A stretch of 64,000 bases of DNA from a bacterium (GTDB taxonomy: Bacteria; Patescibacteriota; Minisyncoccia; Phycocordibacterales; UBA9973), in contig JAKAKW010000004.1 in assembly GCA_021824345.1 (NCBI GenBank), positions 11,019-75,018 of the forward strand, read 5' to 3'. Made by a program: the position numbers and the translations under genes. The notes under the pieces were generated by a model. That model made no database searches, had not been told where the DNA came from, and was given only the letters and a program-made list of their open reading frames with translations. Positions 26,798 to 35,356 of this stretch are shown here, one piece after another. Position 1 is the stretch's first letter; every line of letters begins with the position of its first letter.

Positions 26798-28510
26798 CTA
26801 ATATACTTCTTTATTGTAATGTTCTGTGCAAACTACTTTTTCAGGGCCACCTTCGGAGACGGGAGGAAAAGTGGTATCCACTTCCTTGTCCCCAAAAAAG
26901 CACATGCGCTTATGCAACTTCATCGGATTGCGGATCCTGAGCCTGGCATTATGCCTCTCGTCTGGGTGGACAGATGGTAAAGGAAGATTCATCCTTTTAT
27001 AAAAAGAAAACTCTTGCTCTGTTATTCTGTATGGCCTGCCGGTAATTTCGCAAGCTATAGTTTTTTCCAGAATTGAATTGTCCGCTTCTAAAATGGTGTC
27101 AGGTAAATCCGATCCATTAATATCCGTTGTATATATTCCGGATTCATATTCCCGCCACAAGTATCCTTTTTCCTCCGCAGTCTCCTTTTTTAATGGAAAA
27201 TAGTCCTGTGCAACCGTTTCATTATAGGCATACGGCGATATTTCCGGCGGAAAATACTCTCCAAATCTATAAATTTTTCCCTTTTTATCTTCAAATGGCA
27301 CGTCCATCATATGCTGAATGACCTTCGGCAAAAGATTTTCATATTCTTCTTTTGTATATTGCTTGTTCAGTATGCAATATTGTTTTCCGTTTAGTTCCGC
27401 ACAGCCGAAGCAGTCCTTGCAATTATTCATCATGTAGCTGTAATGCACATTATTGGAATACCAAATTATGGAACCGAGCAGGCAATAATTGTTATGCACC
27501 CCTATACTTATCCCTTCATAAGTCAATTCCGATCCCCCTCCGGAACCCGGCCCGACGTCGTATGAATCTCGCAATCCTTTCGTGCCTCAATTTGCATATT
27601 TTACATTCTCAAAATCCCCTTCGGCGTCAAACACTTTGTAACAATTTTTTGAATTAAATACGTGGTCCCCCACTACATTCACGTCGTTTAATAATTTTAG
27701 GTCGCGGTGTATAGCATTTTCCCATACTTCCTTGAATTCTGCTTTTGCTGACGCCAGTCCTTTTATTGAATCCAGCCTTAACTTCTTCTTTTTTTCTTCG
27801 TATTCTTCTTTTGAATACTGTATATTTTTTATGCAGTAGTTTTTGTTCCTCAAATTGGAACATAAAATGCAATTGGAGCAATTTCTGCAATCATATAGAA
27901 AGTATGAATCAAGACAATTTTCGCTTTCCAGGGAAAAGAAAAGCCTACTTGAGTCCCGGCAATAAACATTTTCATATCCAAACTCCGTGTTGTAGCAAAC
28001 GTGCGAATCAACGGTGTATTTGCACCCTGATACCCTATTACAATACATGGAGTCTTCGCATGTCCAAGCCGCCGTCACCAAATAGCAGTTTTTCATTTCC
28101 ACTGTAATATTGCAAAACCTTGCATTGGATGATTTGGAATCGAAAAGAGTAATGTGTGGAACTCGTTCCATAAGCTCCTTGAACTGCAGAAAAAATGGTT
28201 TGGAAAAATCATATTCTCTTCCATACTCAAGCGGATTCCATTTATCGCTCCACCACATGTCCTTGTCGTAGACAGTCATCTTTGCGTCGGGGTGATATAT
28301 AGAAATCAAAGTTTCTTCCTCCTTTCCCGGAGCGCCGTTCGGGCAGCGAAAAAGAGAGTGCTCATTGCGCCACATTAATCTTCTAAGAAGCCGGCACTCC
28401 GGGCAAAACGTCGGCGCGGGAACCTTGATTTTCTCATAAAAAGAGAAATCATCCGGCTCGACGATGAAGCTCTTCTGGCAATTCTGGCATTTTCGGGTTT
28501 CGGGTTGCAT
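26798..28510 (-). pseudogene. Cysteine-rich family member, array B copy 2, interrupted by an in-frame TGA (the complement of 27587-27589)
   Basis: The two listed ORFs (27587-28546 and 26798-27574) are collinear with the family. The minus strand reads ...ENVKYAN-TGA-GTKGLRDSYDVGPG in one frame with no frameshift. The stop aligns with W in copy A3 ('KFAHWVAHVV'). TGA is a genuine stop in this genome (used by copy A2 at 11220). The C-terminal module has lost its conserved Cys pair ('PLPSVHPDERH'). Confidence 0.6.
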
Positions 28511-28512
28511 AA

Positions 28513-30207
28513 TCAATACACCTCTTTTTGATAGCAACTTTCGCAATATATTATCTCCGGCCTCTCCGGCGCGTAGCTTGTTTCAAATTCGTTCGAACAC
28601 TTTCCTTCGTGGCCGTGGTTTCCCTTGTCACACATGCACTGGCGAAACCACGACTGTCTTGGAAGACGAAGAGAAAATCTTCTTCGATATCTGCAATCAG
28701 GACATTTCCTGGGCAAAGGAATGTTTTCTCTCTTGTAGAAGGCAAGTTCGTCAGGGATAATGTTGTAGTTTTTAGAACATGAGACGCATTTCAAAGCGGC
28801 AGAAAATATATCTTCATTAACATCTTTAATATTGTCCGCCAAGTCCTCCGGCTGTATCGTTTCTTTCCCGAATATTCCGGGTATTTCATCCTCCCAAAGC
28901 CATCCCCTATCCAGCACTTCTTCTTTGGATAAGGGCATATAGTAATTTCCCTGGGTTTCGTTGTAACACACGGGGGCGATCGGGGGCGGAAAGAATTCTC
29001 CGTACTCCCCCGTTTTTTTCATATGTTCAATAATTTGATTTCGCAGTTTAATATACTCCTCCTTGCTGTATTTTCTGTTGAATATCATGTATTCTCCTTT
29101 TTTAATTGATATGCATCCGAATAGATTCTGGCTGTTCTGGCACGAATCGCAATATTGGATATGAGAATTGTCGTAACAAAGATGGGAAAAGAAAGCATCA
29201 TATACTCTTGTGCATCCGTGATCTTCATATGCCAGTTCAGTATTAAAGCCCACGTGATAGCAATCCATCACGCTTTTCATATCAACTGCTGAAAATATAT
29301 TCTTGGCGTCATACATTTTATTTACATCAAAGCAGTGTATCGTATTTTTGCTGTTAAATATGAAATTACCGGAAGAATTTACGCTTCTTTCGCTTACCAT
29401 ATATTTATGTATGGAGTTTTCCTGATATAATTTTGAAAATTCTTCCATAAACTTTTCCCTGGCCGCATGCGATCCGAGATTGCATTCCTCTATTTTCTTT
29501 GCGTACTCCTCCTTGCTGTATTGTTTATTTTTAAAACAGAAACTCTTATTCCTTAGGTTGGAACATAGGAAGCAATCATTGCAATTTCGACAATCGTATG
29601 AATAAAAACAGTTTACGCAATTCTCTAAAAGTACGGAAAATTGGCATCCGAAACCATTATTGGAATCTATGCATTCATAAAGCCTTTCTCCGTGTTTAAT
29701 TATATAAGAACAATCCATAGAACCTCTTGATTCCATCACATAAGTGGAATATGACACGTCTTCAGTGTCAAAACAGCAAAAAGACATATATGTATTCTTG
29801 TTGTCTCCGGAGTGATTGGTGTATTCCGATTTTACGCTGTTCTTGCTGAGCACTGCCATGCGGGGAACTTCCAGCATAAGTTCCTTGAATTGTTCAAAAA
29901 ACGGCCTGTTAAAATCAAAATCTCGCCCGTATTTTGCCGGGTCCCATCCGTCTCCCCACCAGCAAGACAGGCAATATACCTTGTATGGCTTATTCGGTGA
30001 ATATATTGTAACCGTGCTCTTTCCGCACAAGTCGCAGTTTCTTCTGTATAAAGTTCTTTCATTCCTCCATGCGTATCGTCTCTGCTGTCGGCATTCCACG
30101 CACAACGTCGGCGGAGGAACCTTGATTTTCTCATAAAAAGAGAAATCATCCGGCTCGACGATGAAGCTCTTCTGGCAATTCTGGCATTTTCGGGTTTCGG
30201 GTTGCAT
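28513..30207 (-). CDS. Cysteine-rich multi-zinc-ribbon family protein, array B copy 3
   Basis: 564 aa. Its 5' end (about 90 bp) is identical to copy B2 and its 3' end (about 88 bp) to copy B1. Second ribbon 'CDLCGKSTVTIYSPNKPYKVYCLSCWWGDGWD'. Confidence 0.85.
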   Translation of the reverse strand: MQPETRKCQNCQKSFIVEPDDFSFYEKIKVPPPTLCVECRQQRRYAWRNERTLYRRNCDLCGKSTVTIYSPNKPYKVYCLSCWWGDGWDPAKYGRDFDFNRPFFEQFKELMLEVPRMAVLSKNSVKSEYTNHSGDNKNTYMSFCCFDTEDVSYSTYVMESRGSMDCSYIIKHGERLYECIDSNNGFGCQFSVLLENCVNCFYSYDCRNCNDCFLCSNLRNKSFCFKNKQYSKEEYAKKIEECNLGSHAAREKFMEEFSKLYQENSIHKYMVSERSVNSSGNFIFNSKNTIHCFDVNKMYDAKNIFSAVDMKSVMDCYHVGFNTELAYEDHGCTRVYDAFFSHLCYDNSHIQYCDSCQNSQNLFGCISIKKGEYMIFNRKYSKEEYIKLRNQIIEHMKKTGEYGEFFPPPIAPVCYNETQGNYYMPLSKEEVLDRGWLWEDEIPGIFGKETIQPEDLADNIKDVNEDIFSAALKCVSCSKNYNIIPDELAFYKRENIPLPRKCPDCRYRRRFSLRLPRQSWFRQCMCDKGNHGHEGKCSNEFETSYAPERPEIIYCESCYQKEVY

Positions 30208-30211
30208 AACT

Positions 30212-31948
30212 CTAATATACCTCTTTATTATAGCAGTCTTCGCAATATACTATATCCGGCAAATTGGGACTGTAACTGGTTTCAAATTCGTTTGGGCATT
30301 TTCCTTTGTGATTATGGCCTTTCTCTTTGCACATGCAGGAACGGTGGTAGAACTTGCTGGAATGCCTGTGGGCAATTCTTCTCTCGTGCCGGCAATCCAC
30401 ACACAGGCGCGGCAGTGGCACATTCGTCTGCTTAAGAAAAGACAGTTCCGGCGCTATTATCCTGTAGGCCCTGCCGCAACCAGCGCAGGAAATGACCTCC
30501 CTCAATATGCTCCCCGTGACATCGCTGACAGAATCAGGAAGATCTGACGCGGAAATTGTTATATCATATTTGTTCGGATCAGAATCGTCAAAACGCATGC
30601 CGAGCTGTTCAGCCTCTTCCTTGCCTTTTGGAAAATGTTCCGAAGCGATTGTGTGGTTATAGGCAAAAGGAGAAAACTCCGGCGGAAAAAATTCTCCGTA
30701 TTTATAGACTCTTCCTTTCTTGTCAGTATACGGCATATCGTTCATATGCCTCTTTATTTTCTCCTTCAGGGCAAAATATTCCTCTTTTGAGTACTGTTTG
30801 TTCAAAATGCAATATTTCTGCTTCATTATTCCGATACAGCCGAAAAGATCGGACGCCATGTGTCCGCAAAACATGCAATATTCAAATCCGCTGCCCCCGT
30901 CCCAGCACTCCATGCAGAACCTCATATCGGAGCTTCGCCACCCGCAGACCGAGCATTCATACAAAAGTTCCGTCTTGTTTCCTATGATCGTCGCGTCCAT
31001 GCAATCCTTACTGGAAGGAACTTGGGAATATTGCACATATTTTAAATTTTCACACTCGCGAATGAGGTAGCTCTCTTTTACGTTTTTTGAATTGGATATA
31101 TACTCCCCCGTTACATTCTGGTTGTGAGTGCCTTCCATGAATTTATTCGGAAATTTAAGCCAGAACTCTTCGGCTTTTTTCCGCGCCAAAGAAAAATTGC
31201 TCCATTTTTTAAGTTCCATTTCTTCCAGTTTTTCCTCATATTCTTCCTTTGTATATTGCTCGTTCCAAATGCAATAGCTTTTAGAACGCAAGTTGGCACA
31301 GCCAAAGCAGTGTTGGCAATCCCGACAATTTTTCAAAAACCACGACGAAAGGCAATTTTCACACTGCGCGGAAAAATGGGTTTCATAGCAGTTGGTAAGC
31401 CAAAAGGAATCATAACACCGCTCGGATTTTTGAATGTGAGAAACATCAAAGCAGTTCCGGCAATAATCCACTCCATTGCCATACGAACAATCCTCCGTGA
31501 AGTTTGAATTAAACAACAAGTAACAATTCCGCAAGTCTTCGGCATTGGCTGAGTAATCGCTGTTTACCATTTTTGAAGCGGTTACGGCCCGGCTGTATTT
31601 TGGAACCTTTTTTGACAATTCAAATATTTGCTCAAAAAAAGTCCTGGCGGGATCAAAATCCATTCCATATGATAATGGATCCCATTTCTCTTGATTCCAC
31701 CAGTCGCTGTCATTGTAAATCGTATATCCTGATTCCGGAGAATAAAGGGAAAAAATAGTTTTGCCGGTAAGGCCTTCTTTTTGCCTAAAAAGCTTTCTTT
31801 CATTCCTGAAAACCATCCGCCTTTCCTTCCGGCATTCTGGGCACCATGTGGGAGCCGGCACTTTGAATCTTTCATATTGGGAGAAGTCTTCCGGCTCTAT
31901 CGTAAAGTCATTCTGGCAATTCTGACATTTTCGGGTTTCGGATTGCAT
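30212..31948 (-). CDS. Cysteine-rich multi-zinc-ribbon family protein, array B copy 4
   Basis: The listed ORF extends to 32050; the conserved start MQSETRKCQNC lies at 31948. Motifs 'CRDCQHCFGCANLRSKSYCIWNEQYTKEEY', 'CILNKQYSKEEY' and C-terminal 'CVDCRHERRIAHRHSSKFYHRSCMCKEKGHNHKGKCPNEFETSYSPNLPDIVYCEDCYNKEVY'. Confidence 0.8.
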   Translation of the reverse strand: MQSETRKCQNCQNDFTIEPEDFSQYERFKVPAPTWCPECRKERRMVFRNERKLFRQKEGLTGKTIFSLYSPESGYTIYNDSDWWNQEKWDPLSYGMDFDPARTFFEQIFELSKKVPKYSRAVTASKMVNSDYSANAEDLRNCYLLFNSNFTEDCSYGNGVDYCRNCFDVSHIQKSERCYDSFWLTNCYETHFSAQCENCLSSWFLKNCRDCQHCFGCANLRSKSYCIWNEQYTKEEYEEKLEEMELKKWSNFSLARKKAEEFWLKFPNKFMEGTHNQNVTGEYISNSKNVKESYLIRECENLKYVQYSQVPSSKDCMDATIIGNKTELLYECSVCGWRSSDMRFCMECWDGGSGFEYCMFCGHMASDLFGCIGIMKQKYCILNKQYSKEEYFALKEKIKRHMNDMPYTDKKGRVYKYGEFFPPEFSPFAYNHTIASEHFPKGKEEAEQLGMRFDDSDPNKYDITISASDLPDSVSDVTGSILREVISCAGCGRAYRIIAPELSFLKQTNVPLPRLCVDCRHERRIAHRHSSKFYHRSCMCKEKGHNHKGKCPNEFETSYSPNLPDIVYCEDCYNKEVY

Positions 31949-31950
31949 AA

Positions 31951-33606
31951 CTAATTTATATTCTGCTTGTAACACTCCTCGCAGGCAATGTTTTTGTATC
32001 CCCATTCGGGCGGGTAATATGCCATGATATCTTTCCGGCAGTAATGGCATTTATACGGAAAAGGGTGCAGAACGGTCAGGTATTTGAGCGCATTCCTGGT
32101 CCGCAGATCAAAATGCAGGCGCGGCAGAGGGATATTATTCTCTCTATGAAAAGAAAGTTCATTTTGGGCGATATTGAAACGCCAGCCGGTCTCCGGGCAG
32201 ACGAGCGGTTGGGTAATGATTGAATCTGGCGCGTCCTTGATATTGTCCGGCAATTCGCCGGCGGGCATGCCTTCCGCTTTTTCTGTGTTCGGATCTTCCC
32301 AATACCCGCCCAAAGCCAAGACATCTTCTTTTTTTGCTTCCGGAAAATACAATATGCTTGTGGAAAGGTTGAAAGGACCGGCGCTCATTGAATAGGGCAA
32401 GAATTGCCCGTATTCTCCCCGCTTTTTCATGTCAGACACTATTTCCATCCGGAGTTTTTCATATTCTTCTTTCTCATACTGTTTGTTCAGAATGCAATAT
32501 TTTTTCTTCTTCAGTCCTACGCAACCAAAACAATATTCGCATTCTATGCACAAGTCCAGATACTCGGAATACCTGGAGGATGACCAGTTGCTGTATTTCT
32601 GCGCATAAGCGTTAACGCAGCTGGCGCAATTGCCCAAGAGCTCGGAATACCAGCAACCATTCGCGTCAATGTCGGACTTGTGCCGAAGCCCGCGATTGCA
32701 GTTCCAAGAATCCTCAGAGTCGCTTATCGTGTTGCAATTATGGCAATTCTTCGTATCCATCAAGTAGTTTCCGTCGGAATCATATACCCTATAATTGAAA
32801 TTGGGCCGGTGCACCGCTTTGTCCTTGGCAATATTTTCAAATTTTTCCTTCAGCTTCTGTGCGGCGGAATACGAACCGAGATCGTATGATTCGAGTTTGG
32901 CCTCGTACTCTTCCTTGGAATATTGCACATTCTCTATGCAGTGCGTTTTTCCCCGAAGGTTCCAGCACATGAAGCAACTTTGGCAATTACGGCAATCGTA
33001 CAAAAAAGACGAATCAATGCAGTCTCGGCAGTGCCGAGAATAGAAAAGGCGGAAAGAATTGTAGCAGTCGCTCGAATCGTAGCATTTCTCCGAATCAAAC
33101 AGCACATGCACGTCTATGGAATTCCTGACCCGCAGGTTTCGATATGAATAATAAAGTTCTTCGCAATTTTCCATGGAGCGGGCCAGGTAACAGTTCTTTG
33201 AATTCCACACGTCGTCGCACCAGTCGCAATTCGTATTCTTGATCCCGTTCTGGTGCGGATGCGGCACTTTTTCCTGAAGTTCCTTAAGCTGATCAAAAAA
33301 AGGGCGGACGGGATCGTAATCCTGCCCGAATTCCATCGGATCCCATTTATCGCTGTACCATTCGGAAGTCTTGTAGATCGGGTACCGGCTATTTTCCGGC
33401 ATGACCGTGATCAGGCTTTCGCCGGACAAATCCGATTTCCCTTTTCGAAACCGGCCGAAGAGCCAGAACGAGAAATGTTGCTTCAGCCTGCAGTCGGAGC
33501 AAATGACCGGAATCTCAGTGCCGGTTTTTTCGTATAAAGCAAGTTCTCCAGGCTCTATGCTGAACTTTGACTTACAGTGCTCGCACGTGCGAGCTTCACT
33601 TTGCAT
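31951..33606 (-). CDS. Cysteine-rich multi-zinc-ribbon family protein, array B copy 5 (first gene of array B, divergent member)
   Basis: 551 aa: 'MQSEARTCEHCKSKFSIEPGELALYEKTGTEIPVICSDCR', 'CRNCQSCFMCWNLRGKTHCIENVQYSKEEY', 'CFGCVGLKKKKYCILNKQYEKEEY', C-terminal 'YKCHYCRKDIMAYYPPEWGYKNIACEECYKQNIN'. Confidence 0.8.
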   Translation of the reverse strand: MQSEARTCEHCKSKFSIEPGELALYEKTGTEIPVICSDCRLKQHFSFWLFGRFRKGKSDLSGESLITVMPENSRYPIYKTSEWYSDKWDPMEFGQDYDPVRPFFDQLKELQEKVPHPHQNGIKNTNCDWCDDVWNSKNCYLARSMENCEELYYSYRNLRVRNSIDVHVLFDSEKCYDSSDCYNSFRLFYSRHCRDCIDSSFLYDCRNCQSCFMCWNLRGKTHCIENVQYSKEEYEAKLESYDLGSYSAAQKLKEKFENIAKDKAVHRPNFNYRVYDSDGNYLMDTKNCHNCNTISDSEDSWNCNRGLRHKSDIDANGCWYSELLGNCASCVNAYAQKYSNWSSSRYSEYLDLCIECEYCFGCVGLKKKKYCILNKQYEKEEYEKLRMEIVSDMKKRGEYGQFLPYSMSAGPFNLSTSILYFPEAKKEDVLALGGYWEDPNTEKAEGMPAGELPDNIKDAPDSIITQPLVCPETGWRFNIAQNELSFHRENNIPLPRLHFDLRTRNALKYLTVLHPFPYKCHYCRKDIMAYYPPEWGYKNIACEECYKQNIN

Positions 33607-33612
33607 ACAATA

Positions 33613-33621
33613 ACTTTACCA
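33613..33621 (-). promoter_or_regulatory. Extended -10 box TGGTAAAGT, 6 nt upstream of the first array-B gene (leaderless-type promoter)
   Basis: The minus strand reads ...GGGCGGAGGGTACCCCTCCGCCC-TATATTTTTTACGCAAGTG-TGGTAAAGT-TATTGT-ATG, nearly identical to the cassette at 14737-14787. Confidence 0.45.
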
Positions 33622-33640
33622 CACTTGCGTAAAAAATATA

Positions 33641-33663
33641 GGGCGGAGGGGTACCCTCCGCCC
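33641..33663. repeat. Palindromic hairpin repeat family 2 (GGGCGGAGGGGTACCCTCCGCCC) between grpE and array B, followed by a partial extra half-copy
   Basis: 10-bp stem; on the minus strand it is followed by a T6 run, making it a plausible grpE terminator. Confidence 0.7.
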
Positions 33664-33683
33664 TACCTTCCGCCCTACAGGTT

Positions 33684-34289
33684 TTATTCTCCGCCCCCCG
33701 CTTCGTATTCAAACACGTTTACCCGGGCCGGGCGAAGAACTCGCTCGCCCAGTTTATAACCTTTTTGAATTACCTGCGCGATTTTATGGTCAAGATCCTT
33801 CTTGTCTGTCTTCATTGAATCCACGCTATGGTGTAAATTAGGATCAAAAGCGTCGCCGTCTTCTCCGAATTCCTTTACCCCGTATTCCTCAAAAACCGAA
33901 TTCATTTGCGAATGGATGTATTCCACTCCCTTGCGCCAATTTTCGTCCACCTTGTTCCAGGCATCTTTGTTGGCAAAAGCCATCTGAAAGCTGTCCATCA
34001 CTGACAAAAACCTGGTAAGAATCCTTTCCCGCACCGATTCGGAAAAACTGGCTCTGCGCATCTCCTCTTCTTTTTTGTAATTGGCGAAATCAGCCCGCTC
34101 TTTTTGCCAGCCTGTAAGGTATTCTTCTTTTTCCTTTTTGCAAATTTTGAGTTCCTCCCGAAGCTTTTTAACGGTCTTTTTCAGATCCTCTTCCCCGTCG
34201 GCATTATATTCAAATTCCAAGACCTCCGAATCGTCATTTTTCGGAAGCTCCGGCTCTTTATTTTCGTCTTTTTGCTCTTCGTCTTTCAT
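33684..34289 (-). CDS. grpE: Nucleotide exchange factor GrpE
   Basis: Coiled-coil N-terminus and C-terminal 'HHSVDSMKTDKKDLDHKIAQVIQKGYKLGERVLRPARVNVFE' (GrpE beta-sheet domain signature). Confidence 0.85.
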   Translation of the reverse strand: MKDEEQKDENKEPELPKNDDSEVLEFEYNADGEEDLKKTVKKLREELKICKKEKEEYLTGWQKERADFANYKKEEEMRRASFSESVRERILTRFLSVMDSFQMAFANKDAWNKVDENWRKGVEYIHSQMNSVFEEYGVKEFGEDGDAFDPNLHHSVDSMKTDKKDLDHKIAQVIQKGYKLGERVLRPARVNVFEYEAGGGE

Positions 34290-34506
34290 GCCAACATATT
34301 AGCATAGATTATTGATAATTTTAATGCCGGAGCCCGCTCACACTTCCGAGGACAGCCGAGGACTTGTCTGAGCACCCGGAAATTTCTGGATATTTTGCCG
34401 GCGTTATTGAGTTAGACCCGGCGACGGTGAAATATCCGTGAAATTCTCCGGGTGTGAGTTCCGCAGGCGTCCGAGGAAGTGGTGAGCGGGCGGAGGTTTT
34501 AGATGT

Positions 34507-34953
34507 TTATCGCTTGGACCACTGAGGAGCTTTGCGGGCCTTTTTCAATCCAAACTTCCGGCGCTCCTTGGAGCGGGGATCCCGTTTCAAAAATCCAAGT
34601 TCTTTCATGTTGTGGCGCAATTGTTCGTTGGAAGCCACAAGCGCTCTGGCCAGCCCGTGCCGGACCGCTTCCGCCTGGGAATGCATGCCTCCGCCGGACA
34701 CTTTTGCCTCCACTTTCCACTTTTCCGTCGTCTTCCCTTCCTCCGCATCAAGGCCCTTGGCCAGCGGATCGTGCGAAAGGAGACGCTCGTCTTCGGTCTG
34801 GAAGTACTCTTTTGCATCTTTGCCGTTTACGGTAAAGCTTGCTTTTCCTGCCGGAAAGATGCGCACTCGCGCTGTGGAAGTTTTTCTCCGCCCTACGGCC
34901 TCCACGTATTTTTCCTTCGATTTTTCCTTGGTATTTTTTATATCTTTCGGCAT
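34507..34953 (-). CDS. rpsI: 30S ribosomal protein S9
   Basis: 'VEAVGRRKTSTARVRI', 'SGGGMHSQAEAVRHGLARAL' and the C-terminal 'RKFGLKKARKAPQWSKR'. Confidence 0.92.
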   Translation of the reverse strand: MPKDIKNTKEKSKEKYVEAVGRRKTSTARVRIFPAGKASFTVNGKDAKEYFQTEDERLLSHDPLAKGLDAEEGKTTEKWKVEAKVSGGGMHSQAEAVRHGLARALVASNEQLRHNMKELGFLKRDPRSKERRKFGLKKARKAPQWSKR

Positions 34954-34958
34954 CTTGT

Positions 34959-35336
34959 TTATTCCTCTATTGTTAAATTTTTCATCATTTCTCTTCTGAG
35001 TTTATTGCCAGGAAGCATTTGATGAACGGCGTGCTTTACAAGCTCTTTATATCCCTTTTTTTCCGCCACCTCCGTTCCAGATAGTTCCTTAAGGCCTCCG
35101 GGATATCCGGAATACTTTTTATGCGTTATGCTTTCCAGTTTTTCTTCGGTTATGCGAATTTTTTTCACATTCACTATTTTTAAGGGGGAACCGGAATATA
35201 TATGCCTTTCGTACGAAGGATTGTCTTTCCCGGAGAGAATCACGGCAGCCATGCTCGCCAGGCGCCCCAATGTCTTCCCGCTCGCATCCAGCACTTTCTC
35301 TTCTTTCTTTTCTTTTGTATTTTTGGCTTTTTTCAT
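34959..35336 (-). CDS. rplM: 50S ribosomal protein L13
   Basis: 'VLDASGKTLGRLAS', 'KYSGYPGGLK' and 'AVHQMLPGNKL'. Confidence 0.85.
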   Translation of the reverse strand: MKKAKNTKEKKEEKVLDASGKTLGRLASMAAVILSGKDNPSYERHIYSGSPLKIVNVKKIRITEEKLESITHKKYSGYPGGLKELSGTEVAEKKGYKELVKHAVHQMLPGNKLRREMMKNLTIEE

Positions 35337-35356
35337 AAAAAATTTCTTCCTTTCGC

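Noticed and set aside
27587-27589. Alternative genetic code (UGA = Gly or Trp) explaining the in-frame TGA
   Set aside because: TGA terminates copy A2 (11220-11222). Dozens of long standard-code ORFs in the window (ClpB 899 aa, DnaK 645 aa and others) contain no in-frame TGA, so UGA is a stop here.
26798-28546. Treating the two ORFs 26798-27574 and 27587-28546 as two separate genes, or as a frameshift
   Set aside because: The reverse complement shows both parts in the same frame, separated by a single TGA. There is no frameshift, and together they are collinear with full-length family members, so they are called one pseudogene.
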